DNA of 62,648 bases, filler included, from Sphacelaria rigidula (GCA_964200075.2; 4 parts of 4 records of this genome joined end to end with filler, not necessarily neighbours in it), one strand, 5' to 3'; numbered from the whole stretch's first letter, positions 1-13,671 are shown. A program made the numbers and translations. The notes: a model not told the origin generated them from the letters alone.

Positions 1-71
1 CGGGAATCGAACCCCACAACTCAACCATCAGAAGGTTACGAGGTTACCAACTGAGCCACCGGGGCGACCGG
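1..71 (-). mobile_element. tRNA-derived SINE family A, 5' head only (cut by window edge)
   Basis: Reverse complement contains Pol III A-box TGGCTCAGTTGG and B-box GGTTCGATTCC; the same head (accaactga.ccaccggggcgaccgg) recurs at ~7755-7782. Confidence 0.75.
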
Positions 72-529
72 CGATCATCTCTTTGGTGTTACCGCCGTAC
101 GATCATGGGGAGTGTGAGATTATGTACTGGACATACATCTCACGCTTACATTCTCGGGCATGTAGTCAACCAGCCTGGTAGGAGTCAGTACAGTGCAGTA
201 CGAGGTACCACCAGGAACGGGCCGAGAACCAGTCCTGTAGCCAGTGTGATTCAGCCGAGCCAGATCGTCTCTGCGGCTCTATATTGCAAGCTGTACTCGT
301 GCAGGTGGGGCTTAGGGCTGGGATTCAGAGAGAGGAGGTCCAGATAGATCTATACGCAAGGAGGAAACATCTGAATTAGTAATGAAAAGCACGGCGATGC
401 AGCGCCCCACGCGGGTCTGTCGTCTGCTCAACCCATCAAGATCTCTCGTGACAGCTGCCTTGCTCCACCAAAAACGTTGCACTGCAAGGGAGCGCGCCAC
501 GACCACGCCAAACACCTCACAAGTGCACA

Positions 530-577
530 CGATATTGCGATAACGATAAGTTTAATGCGATACGATACGATACGATA
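530..577. repeat. (CGATA)n microsatellite
   Basis: cgatacgatacgatacgata at 558-577 with degenerate units upstream. Confidence 0.8.
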
Positions 578-1227
578 AATGCTGTGTTTTTCGACTGAAT
601 ATGGAGGCGTTAGTCAACATACACCTGGTGCGGTGTGGTTGTTAGGCTCTCACCCATTCTGCTCTTCTTTTTGGCGTTTCTGCTCCTTATTTCGAGCTAG
701 CATTTGCTTCAATGAGGCATTTCTGCTTGTTGGTGATGCTGATTGAGTTAAAACTGCTCCCACCTCTTGTTAATATGTGCCATTTATGCATCCTTTTTTT
801 TTCCCGTTCGACTTTTTTTCCCTCTTCACGCGTATGTTCCTGTTCGCCAGCTCGAATGTTTCTGATGTCTGTGTTTGTGTAGTGTATGTTTCGCACAGTC
901 TATTTCAACTTAAATCGTATCATTCTCAAAATAATCATATATTTTATTGAAAACTGTACGGATGTGCCCGGAGTTTCGTCATGCCCTCTATTATATACTT
1001 AATGACCTTCTGCTCAAAATGGAAGTAAAATGGTAGCATTGTTCATTTATTCCTGCTATTGGGTATGAATGCACGTGCTGTTGCGCAAGACCTTTTCCAC
1101 CTGAAGCCATCTTGCAGAGGCCGGCCACCTCTAGTTGTTGTTTTGTCTTTGTTTTATTTGTTCTTATGTTTGTTTGTTTTTCAGTCTGCTGTTTGTCTGT
1201 TCCAGCTTCCCGTTTCGTCTCTCACGT

Positions 1228-1300
1228 GGATGAATGACCACGACTGGATCGTGACCCCTGGGGAATCGGTTAACGTGCGACGACCAATCAAATCAGTCAA
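1228..1300 (+). repeat. Dispersed retroposon-like 3' tail (family C); related copies at ~2018-2096 (+) and ~10130-10207 (-)
   Basis: Shared aatgacca...gggga(a)tc.gttaa.gtgc motif followed by a (caat)n-like tail; retroposon origin inferred. Confidence 0.5.
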
Positions 1301-2870
1301 ATTGACTCCTGTTATGCTCCTGACTCTGCTGGAAATCGATTATCTAGTTTCGATTACTGTTGGGACTCGGGTGGGAGTGGTTGAGGTTGGATGATTTCTT
1401 TTCGATTGGATTATGATTTTTTTGGGAAAGGGGAACACGATATGATCCCAGCAATTTTGGCCGTGTTTCTTTTTTCACATCTGTGTCTGGTTCTGGTCGT
1501 TTTTTTTTTGTATGAATCTGCTCTTTTTTCAGTAAACAGAATCGAGAAGACGCTGGTGAATGTTTTTTTCTAAACTCAGGCAGGTTGAGCCGTGGGCTGG
1601 GAGACCTTAATTAGGCTAATTTTGATGAGAAATGAAGCCAAATGGTACATCTTCTGGCCTTCGGGCAGCGTCTCCCAGGACCCCTTCGCCAGCCGACAGG
1701 TGGGGGCGTTTGGGCTCGCACAGCGAGTGGATTCGGCTACGATCCCCCGCTGACTGCGACTGTGCGACTACGCTCGCTGCGCTTGCACTTCGACTTCGCC
1801 AAAAAAAACAATTTTCCATCGATATCGAACGCTGAGAGGTCGGTCTCGTATCAAAGTGATGAGTGGTTCGATATCCAACACCAATCCGTTTTCCAAAGCG
1901 GAGTTTTGAAGAGGAGAATCCTGCTTACTTGGATTTTTTGTTCTACCTTCTTATTTTCTCATGTCTTTTTCTCGGAAGCGTTTCCATTTTGTTCACAGTA
2001 CCTCGGGCACGTCTATGTTGTGGATAATGACCATGGTCACAGCTGTGTTCGGGGATCAGTTAATGTGCAACAATCAATCAATCATTCAATCGAATCATTA
2101 CGTTTGTTTACGAGCTGGGCAAGGCTAAAAACAGGTTTGAGCTGTCACAGCCATGTCTCACCGACGCAGACGAGTTGGGCCGTGATCCGCACATCTTATT
2201 AATCTTCTGATCAAGGGTCAGATGCCCATCTACTCAACAGCCTGATCAAATGCTTTTTCGTCGATTAAACGCGATGTCGAATGAATCTCGTCAGATACGG
2301 ATATGTTTCGATGGTGAAGTTGACTCGAAGCCCCGTCACAGTGTGATCAGCGGATGATGATCATTTTTGGTGCGAACATTCCTCGGGGCACGGGGAAACA
2401 ATCGATACCCTCACCGTTATCTTATTCGTCATCTATCGAGAAACGTGGCGTGCGTAAGATTCCGTGCTAAAAGTACAGAAATTTTGTAGAAGGGTACTGC
2501 ATCTGGATTTCCTAGCTATTAATAGCTGACTTATGAGAGTCGTGCTTCGGATTTTGGGATATGGGGTGTCGCAGGGTCACAGTAGAAAAGTGCATGCTGC
2601 ACATTGAGATTTTTTTTCATGAATTAAGGACGTTTTTTGTCAACATGTGATCAATATATATACATATTGTTTTGTACCCAGTAGACGTGAAAAATATATT
2701 GTGTAGTGTGTTGAGCAATATCAAAACGGTTACACCTACGAGACGGCAGCTTCGTGGTGTCTAGCACTCCAATCCTCAATCCTCATAGCCCATCTCAGAG
2801 CAGCATGCATTCTATTTCCGTGCCCCTGCGATACTCCATGCAAAATTTCCAAGCGAAAAGCCTCAAGTGT

Positions 2871-2955
2871 TGACCCTTGGACCGCGAGGGTAGTCCATCT
2901 GGATCATGCATTCTTTTTTCAAGGGAAATTGATGCCGATTCAACAGATTACCTAC
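2871..2955. mobile_element. piggyBac-type MITE, partial copy
   Basis: ttga-cccttggaccgcgagggtagtccatctggatcatgca...aattgatgccgattcaacaga matches the 17.5-18.2 kb family. Confidence 0.65.
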
Positions 2956-5383
2956 TCTTGCCATTTAAGGCTTCGCACTCACCGGGGAAATCCAGTATGA
3001 CAATATTTTTCCTTGTACGTCACGAATCTGTGCTCGATTCGCGCTTGACGTCCGGGTTGTTGTGAAGCACCGTATTCAAATAGCAAGCAGTTTTTTATTT
3101 TGTGCTCAAATCGGTTTCAATGTACTCCGATATCATCCACTTACTCCCGATAACACCCTCTCCGCAGAAATCTCGACTTCAGAACCCCTCACTCGCGTAA
3201 TGTGGCGTTCTCAAGATGATGAACAAAGCCGCCGGTTTTTCACAGTTTTTTCAAGCGTCCATCTACAGTGGTACATCTGAGACCCTCCGGCGGCGAAAGG
3301 TCGTGAAACAAGTTCGAGATCCGAATGACTCGCAAGGACGGTGAAAGTCAAAGGTCGGAAAAATACTCTTAGTGTAACGATCGGAAGTTGAATCTTAATA
3401 AACCGCACTCTAATAGTTGGTATATCTGTCGATGTATACGGACAAGTGCCGCACAAGAGCTCGAACTCTCGGGTGATTAACGGCTATATTTTGAAGTAAG
3501 TGAATTTGTATAGGAGTCGGCTCTACATGACACTACATGAAAAAACATGCAAACAGTTGGTGATTATCGCAACTTCATCAAGAGGCCCACACCCTCATCG
3601 TGTCTGTTCTTACTGTACACTGGGGGTCCCAGCATGTTACGGTGGTTTGCTGGCTTGTCTGCAGCTCTTTCATATAGTCTACTTCGCAATGTCAAAGGTG
3701 TACTACTTCCTCCCTCTGTTGAAGTTCCTTGGTCCCTGCGCCGATATCACCACTTTACCCCGCCCCTCCCTGCCCCGCCCTGCCCCCAAATCCACTGGTT
3801 TCCAACTGGACGGGCCTAAATGTCTCGAAAGGTGATCTTGAAGGGTATTATACAGGCACCCTGCCGAAATCGAAAGATCTTTCGAGAGAGGTGCTTTTTG
3901 CGTCTGTCTCGCCGAGAAACGTGGGCTGTTTCAGGAGATATCAAAGTTCGTCGGAAAAGACGTTTATAAAAAAAAAACCTTTTAAGCACGGTGCAACTAG
4001 CTGTATAGACACAACTTACAAATAGAGTACAGCTAAACCAGCGCAATTCAGGCACCACACACATTGTACGGCGCAGCAAGGATTCGTTCGTGGATGCACA
4101 GACGGTAGCAGCGTTCTGTACAGTACATGCGCTATAGCCGCGAAGACACAGCACTGTACATGCAAACACGGGTTAGGGCAGTACATACGATACATAGTTG
4201 TAGCTAACGGACAGCACAGCGGCCGCTGCTTCGTCTGACACAAAATTGATGACATGTATTACGCGGGCGAGCGGCCCCACCCTGGTGTGAAACCCGCCAA
4301 ACTTGTTTCGCGGTCGTAACAAACGAGTTCGGGAACTCTTTCCCCAAATAAAAAATATCCGGGGAAATGTCATGGCCCACAGTCTTTTTTTCTAACCGTG
4401 ACCGCCAGGGTGGATCATTTGTTGAACCGAAGACCCAGGTGACCTACCGTGGCGGCCAAAGGGATACGAGGCTGTCTCAAGAGGTTTCACCTTTCCTGTC
4501 TAGAGCATCAAAATGCGGCGGATGGGGGCATCATTATCTATTTGTCAAACGGAGATATACCCGGTGCTGCCACCGAGACTATGTAGCTGCGGACTAGTAC
4601 GTATGGTGGAAAAAATCACGTCACTTCTGAGGCGCGCTCAGTTTTTCATCCTCGGTGGTTCAACGCTGCAGGGATTGAAAGCTGTATAGGATGATGGGTC
4701 TCGTCGACGGCTTTCCCACGCAGGCATCTGCATCTGGAAATAGTTGGTTAGCTGCCGGTCTCGTGAGGTGGGGTGGTATCTAGAAAACCTGCTATTGGCC
4801 ACTCGCGAACGTAAGAGCGCGTCTTAACCTCTGCGACCCTAGCTTGCGACCAATCTGACGGGAGGTTCTCAAGAAGTTTGTGACAGTTCTGAGCAAATTT
4901 GGGGGTGGTGTCAAGTATGAATTCTCGCGATTTGCCTCATCGTGAATTCAAACATATTGGTATGTCACCATTCTTTATTTCAGGAAAAGCTTGGGTCCGT
5001 GCGGGGATGTCCCTCTTATTTGCTTTGTCTGTCAATCCACGTTTCTGGAACATATTTGCAATCCAACAGAGGTCACAACGAACTACTGGGCTGCAGCTTA
5101 CTCCCCTGTGCAGCGCTACAGATCGGGGACGCGTCTATGTAGCTCAAAGTCCCCGCCGAGACTTCTTCGACCCGCGTCAAGTGTAGGAAAACCTAACCGT
5201 ATTTTTCCCAGAAAATTTCAGTGCAAATTGATATTGGGCGAGGATCACGGATATTTCTTTTTTCTTCAATCAAAATTCCAATTTCCACATTGGTTGTTGT
5301 ATCAGGCCATTTCAGATTCGGCATTGGATTTCTGTGACAGAAAACTGTTTCGTTTTTTTCAGAATATATTTTCAAAACCAATT

Positions 5384-5453
5384 AGAACTTTTCAAAAAAC
5401 AAGCAGAACTTTTCAACAAACAAGCAGAACTTTTCGAAAAACAATCAGAACTT
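5384..5453. repeat. 21-bp tandem repeat (~3.5 copies)
   Basis: agaacttttcaaaaaacaagc units repeated. Confidence 0.8.
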
Positions 5454-5474
5454 GAAAAAAAACTGCCCAAAACG

Positions 5475-5548
5475 TGACCCCTCCCACATACTTGAATCTA
5501 GTGTACGTATGTAAGTTTGACCCCCCCCCACATACCTTCATCTAGTGT
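5475..5548 (-). repeat. Two tandem copies of a CACTA-like terminus (CACTAGA...GTATGTGGG)
   Basis: Direct repeat tgacccc.cccacatac...atctagtgta twice; reverse complement begins CACTAG; partner end not found. Confidence 0.35.
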
Positions 5549-7113
5549 AGTTGTCGCTGTGCTGTTGTGCATCTAAACACTCAACGACGATCACGGTGCG
5601 ATTTGCGCCGGAGAGTGCCTGAACAGTAGTAGTGCTGTATGCTGTGTTTCGGTCTGCACAGAAATATTTTTCGCCCTGTGGAGGGATCATATTGTATTTG
5701 GTTTGGGACTAGACATGGATATTACAATTTACACTACGTCCTACGACCTTTAAGCTGAAGTTTACTTGATACTCCGCAAACATAGAGGAAATACTACACA
5801 AGAAACCCTCACGAGTTTACACCCACCCGCACTGAAGTGCGGACAAAGTCAGTATGTATCAGATTCTTGTATGTTGTATATCTTCGCTAGACTCGGCGGC
5901 AAGGAGCAGTGAGCGTGCATCGTTCTGCACTGAACAAAGTCTACTGCACGCTACTGGTGTCTCTGCTTGGTGTTCCACAACAACACTACGGTGTGAAGCT
6001 ATTTGGCAACAGGGGTGAGGCAGGCGGCAAGTACAGGCCACAAGTATAAAGTGCGTTGTTTGTGCCCATGTACAGGCTATCCAAGTTGCGGCACGAGGCA
6101 CGAACCCAGATCTGCGCGCAGGTTAAGAAATGCGGCGGATCTGGAAGTGGACGTTAGTCCAAGCAGGTCCAAGGTCTGTGTATTGATGCAGACATCACAC
6201 AACAGCGCAACACAACATCTACATACCCAGTCCCGAAAAAACACGGACAGACACCCACCACTCACGCGCATTCGTATTACTGCCAGCCCTTGCTGATCTA
6301 CACACGGCAGTCTTCGTTTGACGGAAATCCGTTCTGTATTGGACGAATGGCGGCCGCGTGCGTGTCAAAAACAACCGAACGTGTCGCCAGCAGATGTAAG
6401 GCAGTGCACAGGAACAATCGCTCTACAATAGACGCCTCGGCTTCTGCACTGGAGCCCCTGCACACGTGGGCAAAGGTCTCCCCTGTGGGTGAACTGCAGA
6501 GCCCTGCATAGCCTTGCACTGTGCCAGGCCAATCACAGCCTTGTGGCAGACATTTTAGCCCTGGGTGCTCCTCGTGGCAAACCTGCACAGGATTCTAATT
6601 TTCGGGTGGCCCCTGTGCACAGGACCCCGCTCCTGTGAGCACCCTGCAAAAGTCCTGCACCAGCTATTGTGCTGTGAGTCAACCTGTACAGTCTACAGCG
6701 CAGCGAAACTATGAAAGCCGTGTATCAATTGTTTTCCAATGTACTCGACGCTGCCTTGAAAAGCATTTTCAGTACGAATACAACAGTACGTATCAATTGT
6801 TTCCCCCTGTATTGCTTCTTCTCCTTCTCGTGCGGAAGCCGATCCACGTTTCGACCTGCGACAATACCCATACCCTCTTGCGCGTGACTGCAACCCTCCT
6901 TGAAGTCGCTGGTCTGTTCGCGTGCTGTTTTACCGTCTCCGTATCACTTGTTTCTCACCCTAGCTTGCTACATTATAACGGCGCATGATTTCTCATTATT
7001 ATTATGCTCCTTTCCCATCATAACAAAGGAAAAGAAGAAAGAAAATTGGAAGCGCGATGCAAAGCAGAGCAATCTAGGAGTGAACCTTATTTTTGTAGAG
7101 TGAGACCACATCA

Positions 7114-7363
7114 TATGGGAACGAAAAAATCGCCCGAAAAAGGTTTTGGTTCACCTGTTTTCGCTTGTTCGCGTTTTGAACGCAGGGGGCACTTCATTAG
7201 TGAGCAGTAGAGTTGTAGATTCCTACGAAGAAGCAGCAGCAGTGCGCGATGAAATGCTTACGGCCAAGGGTGAGAATATCGCCCCCACAACGTGGCAACA
7301 AGAAAATTATCCGAATAAGGAAATTGGCCGAAAAAGCTTTCTTCCATAATTTTCGTTCCCATA
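7114..7363. mobile_element. 250-bp MITE with 14-bp perfect TIRs
   Basis: TATGGGAACGAAAA (7114-7127) and TTTTCGTTCCCATA (7350-7363). Confidence 0.6.
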
Positions 7364-7424
7364 AAGAGAGGTCTGACTCCCGCCGACTGAAGATTCCGAA
7401 GTGTCCTGCTGTCCTCATTTGCGA

Positions 7425-7782
7425 GAGTGTGTGCGTATTTTCGTCCCATTTTTTGGACGCCTACACCTTCTGGCGTATGTTGGCGCACCAGCCGGGGTCT
7501 CACAGGAGGGAGGTCACAGTTTTTTTTTTTTACTTCCCGCCCTCCTTCTGCGCTGGTTTCCTTGCTTTTTTTCGTGAGAAGAGTTCGTCCGTCTTCTCTC
7601 CTCGTCGATAGTTCAATCAAATTTTGCTTATGGACGAAATACTCACTTTCCACTGTTGGGCATATCGATTCATCCTGAGAAAAGCCCAGTTGATGTGACC
7701 GACTGGACACCGAGGATCGAATTCACCACCTAACTGTCGGCGTATTGTCGTGGTCACCAACTGAACCACCGGGGCGACCGGC
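7425..7782 (-). mobile_element. SINE family A, near full-length copy
   Basis: tRNA-like head at ~7705-7782; body (gcgcaccagccggggtc.cacaggagg..ccttctgcg) shared with 9095-9320 and 19833-20050; (ac)n-type tail. Confidence 0.75.
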
Positions 7783-8341
7783 TTGGGGGTACATGAACGA
7801 ACACCATGGACCGTCACGGTATGGCATGCCGGTGCTTCCCTCAATGGATACATGACTGGCCTGCTGATTCTCAGAGATCGCATCGTGGCTGCGCTTTGCT
7901 GCTTCGACTCGAAACTTTGGCAGAGAAATCATCCACCGCGTGTACACCATTTTCAAGGTGTCCGACTGCTTTTGGCGCTACTCGCGCTCCAAGAGGCATG
8001 ATCCAGCTTTAGTTGTCTCGCTGTAACTACGCCTTCCTTTTTCTCGAGCCAGTCCTATACCTTACCACCAGCGTATGTTGAAGAGCGAATGTGTCGGTGT
8101 TGATGTATGAGGGGTACAGGACAGCGAAACACACCACGAGCGAAGTTGACGATCTCCATGACACGTCAGAGAGTACGCTGGGTTTTGCTCGACGACTGAA
8201 TGCAACGCAACGCTCTTGACTGTGAAGTGTTGTGATGCTGGCGTGCTGCAGAAGCCTTCGTACGGCCAACGGTTAAATTAGTGACAATACAAGTCGAAGC
8301 ACTGGCATGCATGAACTAAAATGGACTTTTGCGGACGCCAG

Positions 8342-11300
8342 GAGAGTGCCAGCATGGCATGGGCGAGGGCATTCTACGCTCTGGCACAAGGACTGAAAGC
8401 TGGAGACAGGCTGCTCACCAGCGTGGTGGAGTACGCTGCTAACTATGTGGCTATGATTCAGGTATTTGGGTACCGTTAGTTCAGATATTTTTGCCGCCCG
8501 TTCTCCGGACCCATGTCAGGAGGTTCTAGATGCGGTCTATAGGATATTCTCATGCAGGTACTGTATAGTAGAAATCGCTTTGTTCTTGTCGTGAGGACTC
8601 AGCAGCTATCGCAAGCGTGAGCCAGCTGAAGATGACCATTTGGTCCTATTACCAGAGTGAGCCAGTCCAGAGCTTTTGTTGTACGTCGGTGCGATATGGT
8701 ACAGTAGTGCGCTACACGTACCGAGAGCATTCGAATACACGACGGTTATGGATGTTGTGTAACGACCAACACAATACGGCCAATAAGGAGTCGTGTAGAT
8801 TGTCCATCAAGATATCGCTACATACTAGTGAATCACGCAGTTGATCAGATCCGTGCGTCGACACCATCACATCCGCGATCGTGTGGTTTTGTCGATGAAT
8901 GAAGTGTTGCTACACCGGTCCTCGTCGCTCCCTCATGTTCGACGGGGTAATTGTTTGATATCGAGGCGTTATCGCAACAACTCATTTCCCCGTACAGGAA
9001 TATCTTATTTCCATTGTACAACCCAGCAGCGCGCAAGAGACGAAAATGGCAAGCCACTCACCTTTTCATCTGGCTTCAACCGGATGATATTTAGTGTGTG
9101 TTGTCGTCCTGTCTATTCTGGACGCCGTTCTACACCTTTCGGTATATGTGGGCGCACCAGCCGGGGTCACACAGGAGGAAGGTCAACACAGGAGTTTTTT
9201 CTTCTTTGTATGTTTTTAGAACCCCACCTTCCTTCTGCGGTGCTCGGCTTTTATTTTTTTTCGCGAGAGGAGATCAGCACTCCCTTTCCCTCGTCGACCA
9301 TCAAGTCGAATTTTGTGTGTAGAAGTAATACAAGCACAGCTGTGCCACAGCATGCATGAGTATTGAACGCTGCGTGCCTTTCCATAGATATAGCTATTAT
9401 AGCTAGTCGTGACAGTTACTCGACCTGCAGAAAGGTTCTTCACCCCAGGACATAGTCCGTTGCCTGCCTGCATTGGATGTGCACGGGAAGCTGATCTTGC
9501 CAGCTTCTCCCAGTTTTAATTCCGTCCATATCGTTTATGCCCCGTTCCTGCTTTGTTCGTGAAATTCTCAACAGGTGAAATATATATATATATTTCCACA
9601 ATTTTTGTAACTGATGATATCTTTCGATTGCACGGCCTCAACGCCTCTCATCTGCGCCTGAATTACTCGCACATGATTCAGGTGTGCAAGCGGACGGGCG
9701 CTGTGTTGGAAGTTATCCCATCAGACGGAGCTGGAGAGATAGACCTGAAGGCCTTGGAGAGCATGCTTACTGCTGGAGGAGTGAAGGCTGTTGCTATTAC
9801 ACACGTCCCTTCCAACGGAGGCGTCGTCAACCCGGCACAGGAAGGTCGGGCGACGATATGTTGTATGCCGTATGCTGTATCTCCTGTCGATACGTTGCGA
9901 GATTTTGAGCTGCATTTGTCCTTCATTCAAATTCATTTGTCGTTATGGCGATTTCCACTCGGTGAAATGTCGCCTCAAGGCTTGTAGTGTGGTGCAGAGT
10001 GAAGTATTCTCTAGTACTGTAATGTGTACTTCTCCAGGGAAGAACGGTTCCCTCAGGTCTTGGTTTGAAGCGCGATTCGACTCATAAATCATCACGCTGC
10101 TGATATATGGGGTATGACTGTGCGCATAGCAAGATACTGATTAATCTTTTTGAATGATTGTCGCACATTATGTGACCCCCGAAGGATACACCCCTGGTCA
10201 TGATCCAGAGTATAGACAATGTATAGAAAAGTAATTATAAAATAAGACGTGTCCAAGGTAAATATACCTATACCTACCCTGTGCACATGAAGAAAGCACG
10301 CAGAATTTTGTGGCGAAAATCCTCAGTTCCCGTGGGGCCAGAGCCTTCCTTCTTTTCGCATCATTCCCTCGGAAGCCATGTAACGCTCCAAGGTTCCAAT
10401 TGTCATCGCCGTTATCTCAAAATGCCGTGCGTTTTCCTTCCGGCATATGAAATATATTATACACTCCTGCAGTGGGTGCGATTTGCCGGAGGTTCGGCGT
10501 CCTGTATGTGCTAGATGCGTGCCAGTCCGTGGGACAGTTGCAAGTGGATGTCCAAGAGATTGGGTGTCACGTCATGTGTGCTACCGGACGGAAGTACCTG
10601 AGAGCTCCAAGGGGCACAGGGTTTCTGTACGTATCCCGAGGCAAGTATACGACTGCTGTAGCGGAGTGCAAGGCGCCATGAAAGCTGTCAGTTGAAAGCT
10701 TGCTTCCTTTTTTTTTTTCTTTACATGATTGCATCAGTTGGTTCGCTGAAAAGTGCTATTTACTCAAGGGATAGTGGGAAGTGCGATGTGCGTGCTGAGG
10801 AACAGCTGTTGCGTGCTTGGGGCGTTGTCTGATGACAGCACAGGAAGTAGGTGTGAGAGTAGTCCAGGATGAACCAGAGATCAAATTTGCGCTGCTCCGC
10901 GTACTCGGCGTCCAGCGCTGTAGGAAGCTAGTATGGGAAAGAAGGCAAAATGAGCTAGCTCATGATCTGGATCAGTTCACCACTATCAAGTAATTTTGTA
11001 TTTTTGGGCAAGGGATCTGGGCGTTATCTTCGATAAATTATTTTTGGTAGCTCATGAGCTGTCCGACGTGTAACAATATTGCATCGAATTATTTCCCTTT
11101 TAACTTTTCCGTAGAGCGAAACAATTCCGTCACCACGTTCACATGCGCTTCTACCCCGATCGAATGCTTCACGATCAAAGTCGATATATGGCTTGAAATT
11201 ACAGATTGCTTAGAATGGCGTGCATCGCGCGTCTCACTTCGACAGCTATCATTCTAGTTTGTTACAATGCACCTGACGTGTCAACAGACGCTTGCTCAGC

Positions 11301-13671
11301 ATGTGCGTGTATAAGTGTTGTATTATACCTGCCAGAGCTGAAAGAGCCACTGCACGATGTCCCCTAATGTCGAGGCGTCTGTGACGTTGTTGTTCTTCTT
11401 ATCGCCCGGCAGAGGCGATGGATCTCATCGGTGAACCCCCAATGATCGACCACTACGCCGCGCCCTGCGTGGCAAAGGAGAAATATGCCTTACGAAAAGA
11501 TGCACGAAGGTACAATACGTGCAGATACGCGTATCAGCCTGATGTCATGTGTCGAGGCTTTGAGCGTTGCTCGCGACTTCACTTGACCTTCAGTGTGGGA
11601 CTACCATACGCAAGGACGGGGTTGCCACAGGAACTGAACATGAAACGCCCTCACGCAGGTTCTGTTTGTCGCATGGATGAGGTGTCATTACGGAAAGAAG
11701 CGATCCGCACTTGTCCACTCCCTTGCGTACAGCATGGAGCGCTCAGTCTCGCACTAAATTATGGCAGCACAGCAATTCCATGATATCGGTAGACATAGTC
11801 AGCTGCTCACCTCACCTTAGATCTCGGCTTGAACATCCAACCAACACAAACACAATATTGCCACCATCTGTGGATGAGTCATGCTACAACAGGGGTGAAG
11901 GGGGGGTATTTTAATCCGTTTCTTCCGTGAAATTCCACTTCAAATATTCGTAAAAAGCAGCGACAGTTGTTCGAACGGGTTGTCACCAACAAATAACGCT
12001 CATTCATTCTGCTTGACACCCTTCAAACCAGATAGATGATACAAGCGCACTGCAAGTATGTGAGGTCGTCTGACACATTAATGAGCCCTTTGTTTTCGTA
12101 GAATCAAACAACCCCCCCCCCCTTCCTCAATGTTATTTCGACGATGGCATGCAAGATCATGAATACACCTCCCTATCCTAGCATGACTCGGATGCAAATA
12201 GCAGGATATTTGAATTGGGCACGTGATGACCTTATGTCCTCCTCGCGGCCGTGCCGGACATTTTTTTGGGGGTACCTCTCCAGATTCGAGTTTTGGGAAT
12301 CAAACGTCGCGGGCAGGCTTGGTCTTGGAGTGGCGTTACGCTACGCCTTATCTATCGGCATGCAATCAATTGAGGCCCGCATTGGCCACATAGCTGCCTT
12401 GCTGCGCGATCGATTGAAGAAGGAGGGAAGAGTCAGCGTCATGGATCTCGGTAGGAAGGAGCGGCAGTGCGGCATTGTGTCTTTCACCGTGCAGGGAGTG
12501 GGTGCCGAGGTTGTCAAGCAGGGACTGAGGTCTGAAGGCGTGTACGTGTCCACATCGGGCCCGGCGAGTACGCCTCTGGATGCTGAGGATAGGGCGTTGC
12601 CGGATGTGGTGAGCTGTCTTGTCGTGGAGGTAGATACAAAGCTTGCTTTTGCTGTATATCGTGTATCGCAGGATACTTAAACGCATTTGAGCGCACTCTT
12701 TGGAGGCCGAGGATTGGTTGGCCTCTGCCATAAATGGAGAGCGTTTCGTGGAGTTACGAAAACTTGTTGCGGCCAAGAGGACCATGATGTTCGTCGACAG
12801 CACTGCACGGGAGTACCACCCATGCATGAGAGGATGAAAGACATTACGCGCTTGGCGTTGTATTTTGGGTAGCCTCACGCCCTCACCGAAGTTTTCTCAC
12901 GCATCTCGTGTAAGAGGCCGATACCATAACATGCACCGATTGTTCAACTTGGGCCGTCGTCTGGCAGAGGCTACAGGCGACACAGAAGTCAAAGCTCGAG
13001 TATTTCTTTGCACAATGCCTCGCACTACGTTAGATCCGTTCCATCTGCAAGAACTCAGCGGAATACTCATAGTGTGACGAAACAATTTGTGGCCGGGTGG
13101 CCGACGTAGTTTGCCAACGGATCTACCTTCCGTATCGACTACGATGACTATCGCGCAAACCTGCCGCCATGCTTACACATCTTTAAACGTCTTTCTTACA
13201 CAAGTGTAGCGGGAAGAAGGTCCATTAATCCCGCCGAAGCAAGTCCAAAATGCCGAGTCTTTGCTGCCTTTTTTCTATCTGGCCTGACGTGCGGGCGTCA
13301 TCTCACGCCAATAATAAGCAAAGCCAAGTGTTGAACCTCGATACCGCTCGTATCTGATTGTTCAGATGAGGATGACGGCAGAAACAACGTCTGTTGCGCT
13401 GCTATGTCAATAGACAAGGTGCACATGGTGTTTGTCGTCTGACACACGGGCGAAGGTAAATTATGTTCACCGAGACATGTGGACCACTCTGCGCTGGAAA
13501 TCGTAGATGGTACTTTCTTTTCGACGTCGTCGCCGGCCTCAACTTTAAATTTCTCTTGAAATACGTGTGATGATGTCACAGGTGCGAGCAAGTGTCCACT
13601 ACTTCAACACAGAGCAAGAGCTGGAGCGATTCATGGACGTGTTGCGCAGGGTGATTGCGTCAAACACCTGA
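8342..13671 (+). CDS. PLP-dependent aminotransferase class V / C-S lyase (EgtE-like), spliced; exons 8342-8461, 9682-9844, 10473-10640, 11413-11509, 12284-12608, 13582-13671; 5' exons not located
   Basis: Exons join in phase to [107 protein letters not shown]..stop; PLP Lys codon at 10592-10594; all acceptors AG, donors GT except one GC. Confidence 0.9.
9095..9320 (-). mobile_element. SINE family A, 5'-truncated, inside an intron of the PLP-enzyme gene
   Basis: Aligns by eye with 7425-7630. Confidence 0.75.

Noticed and set aside
1-71. Functional tRNA gene (also ~24890-24962 and ~37426-37497)
   Set aside because: No convincing cloverleaf; attached to multi-copy SINE bodies
6960-6988. LLHYNGA as the HFNNAG exon of the PLP enzyme
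   Set aside because: Very short match, followed by a stop, with no credible donor site
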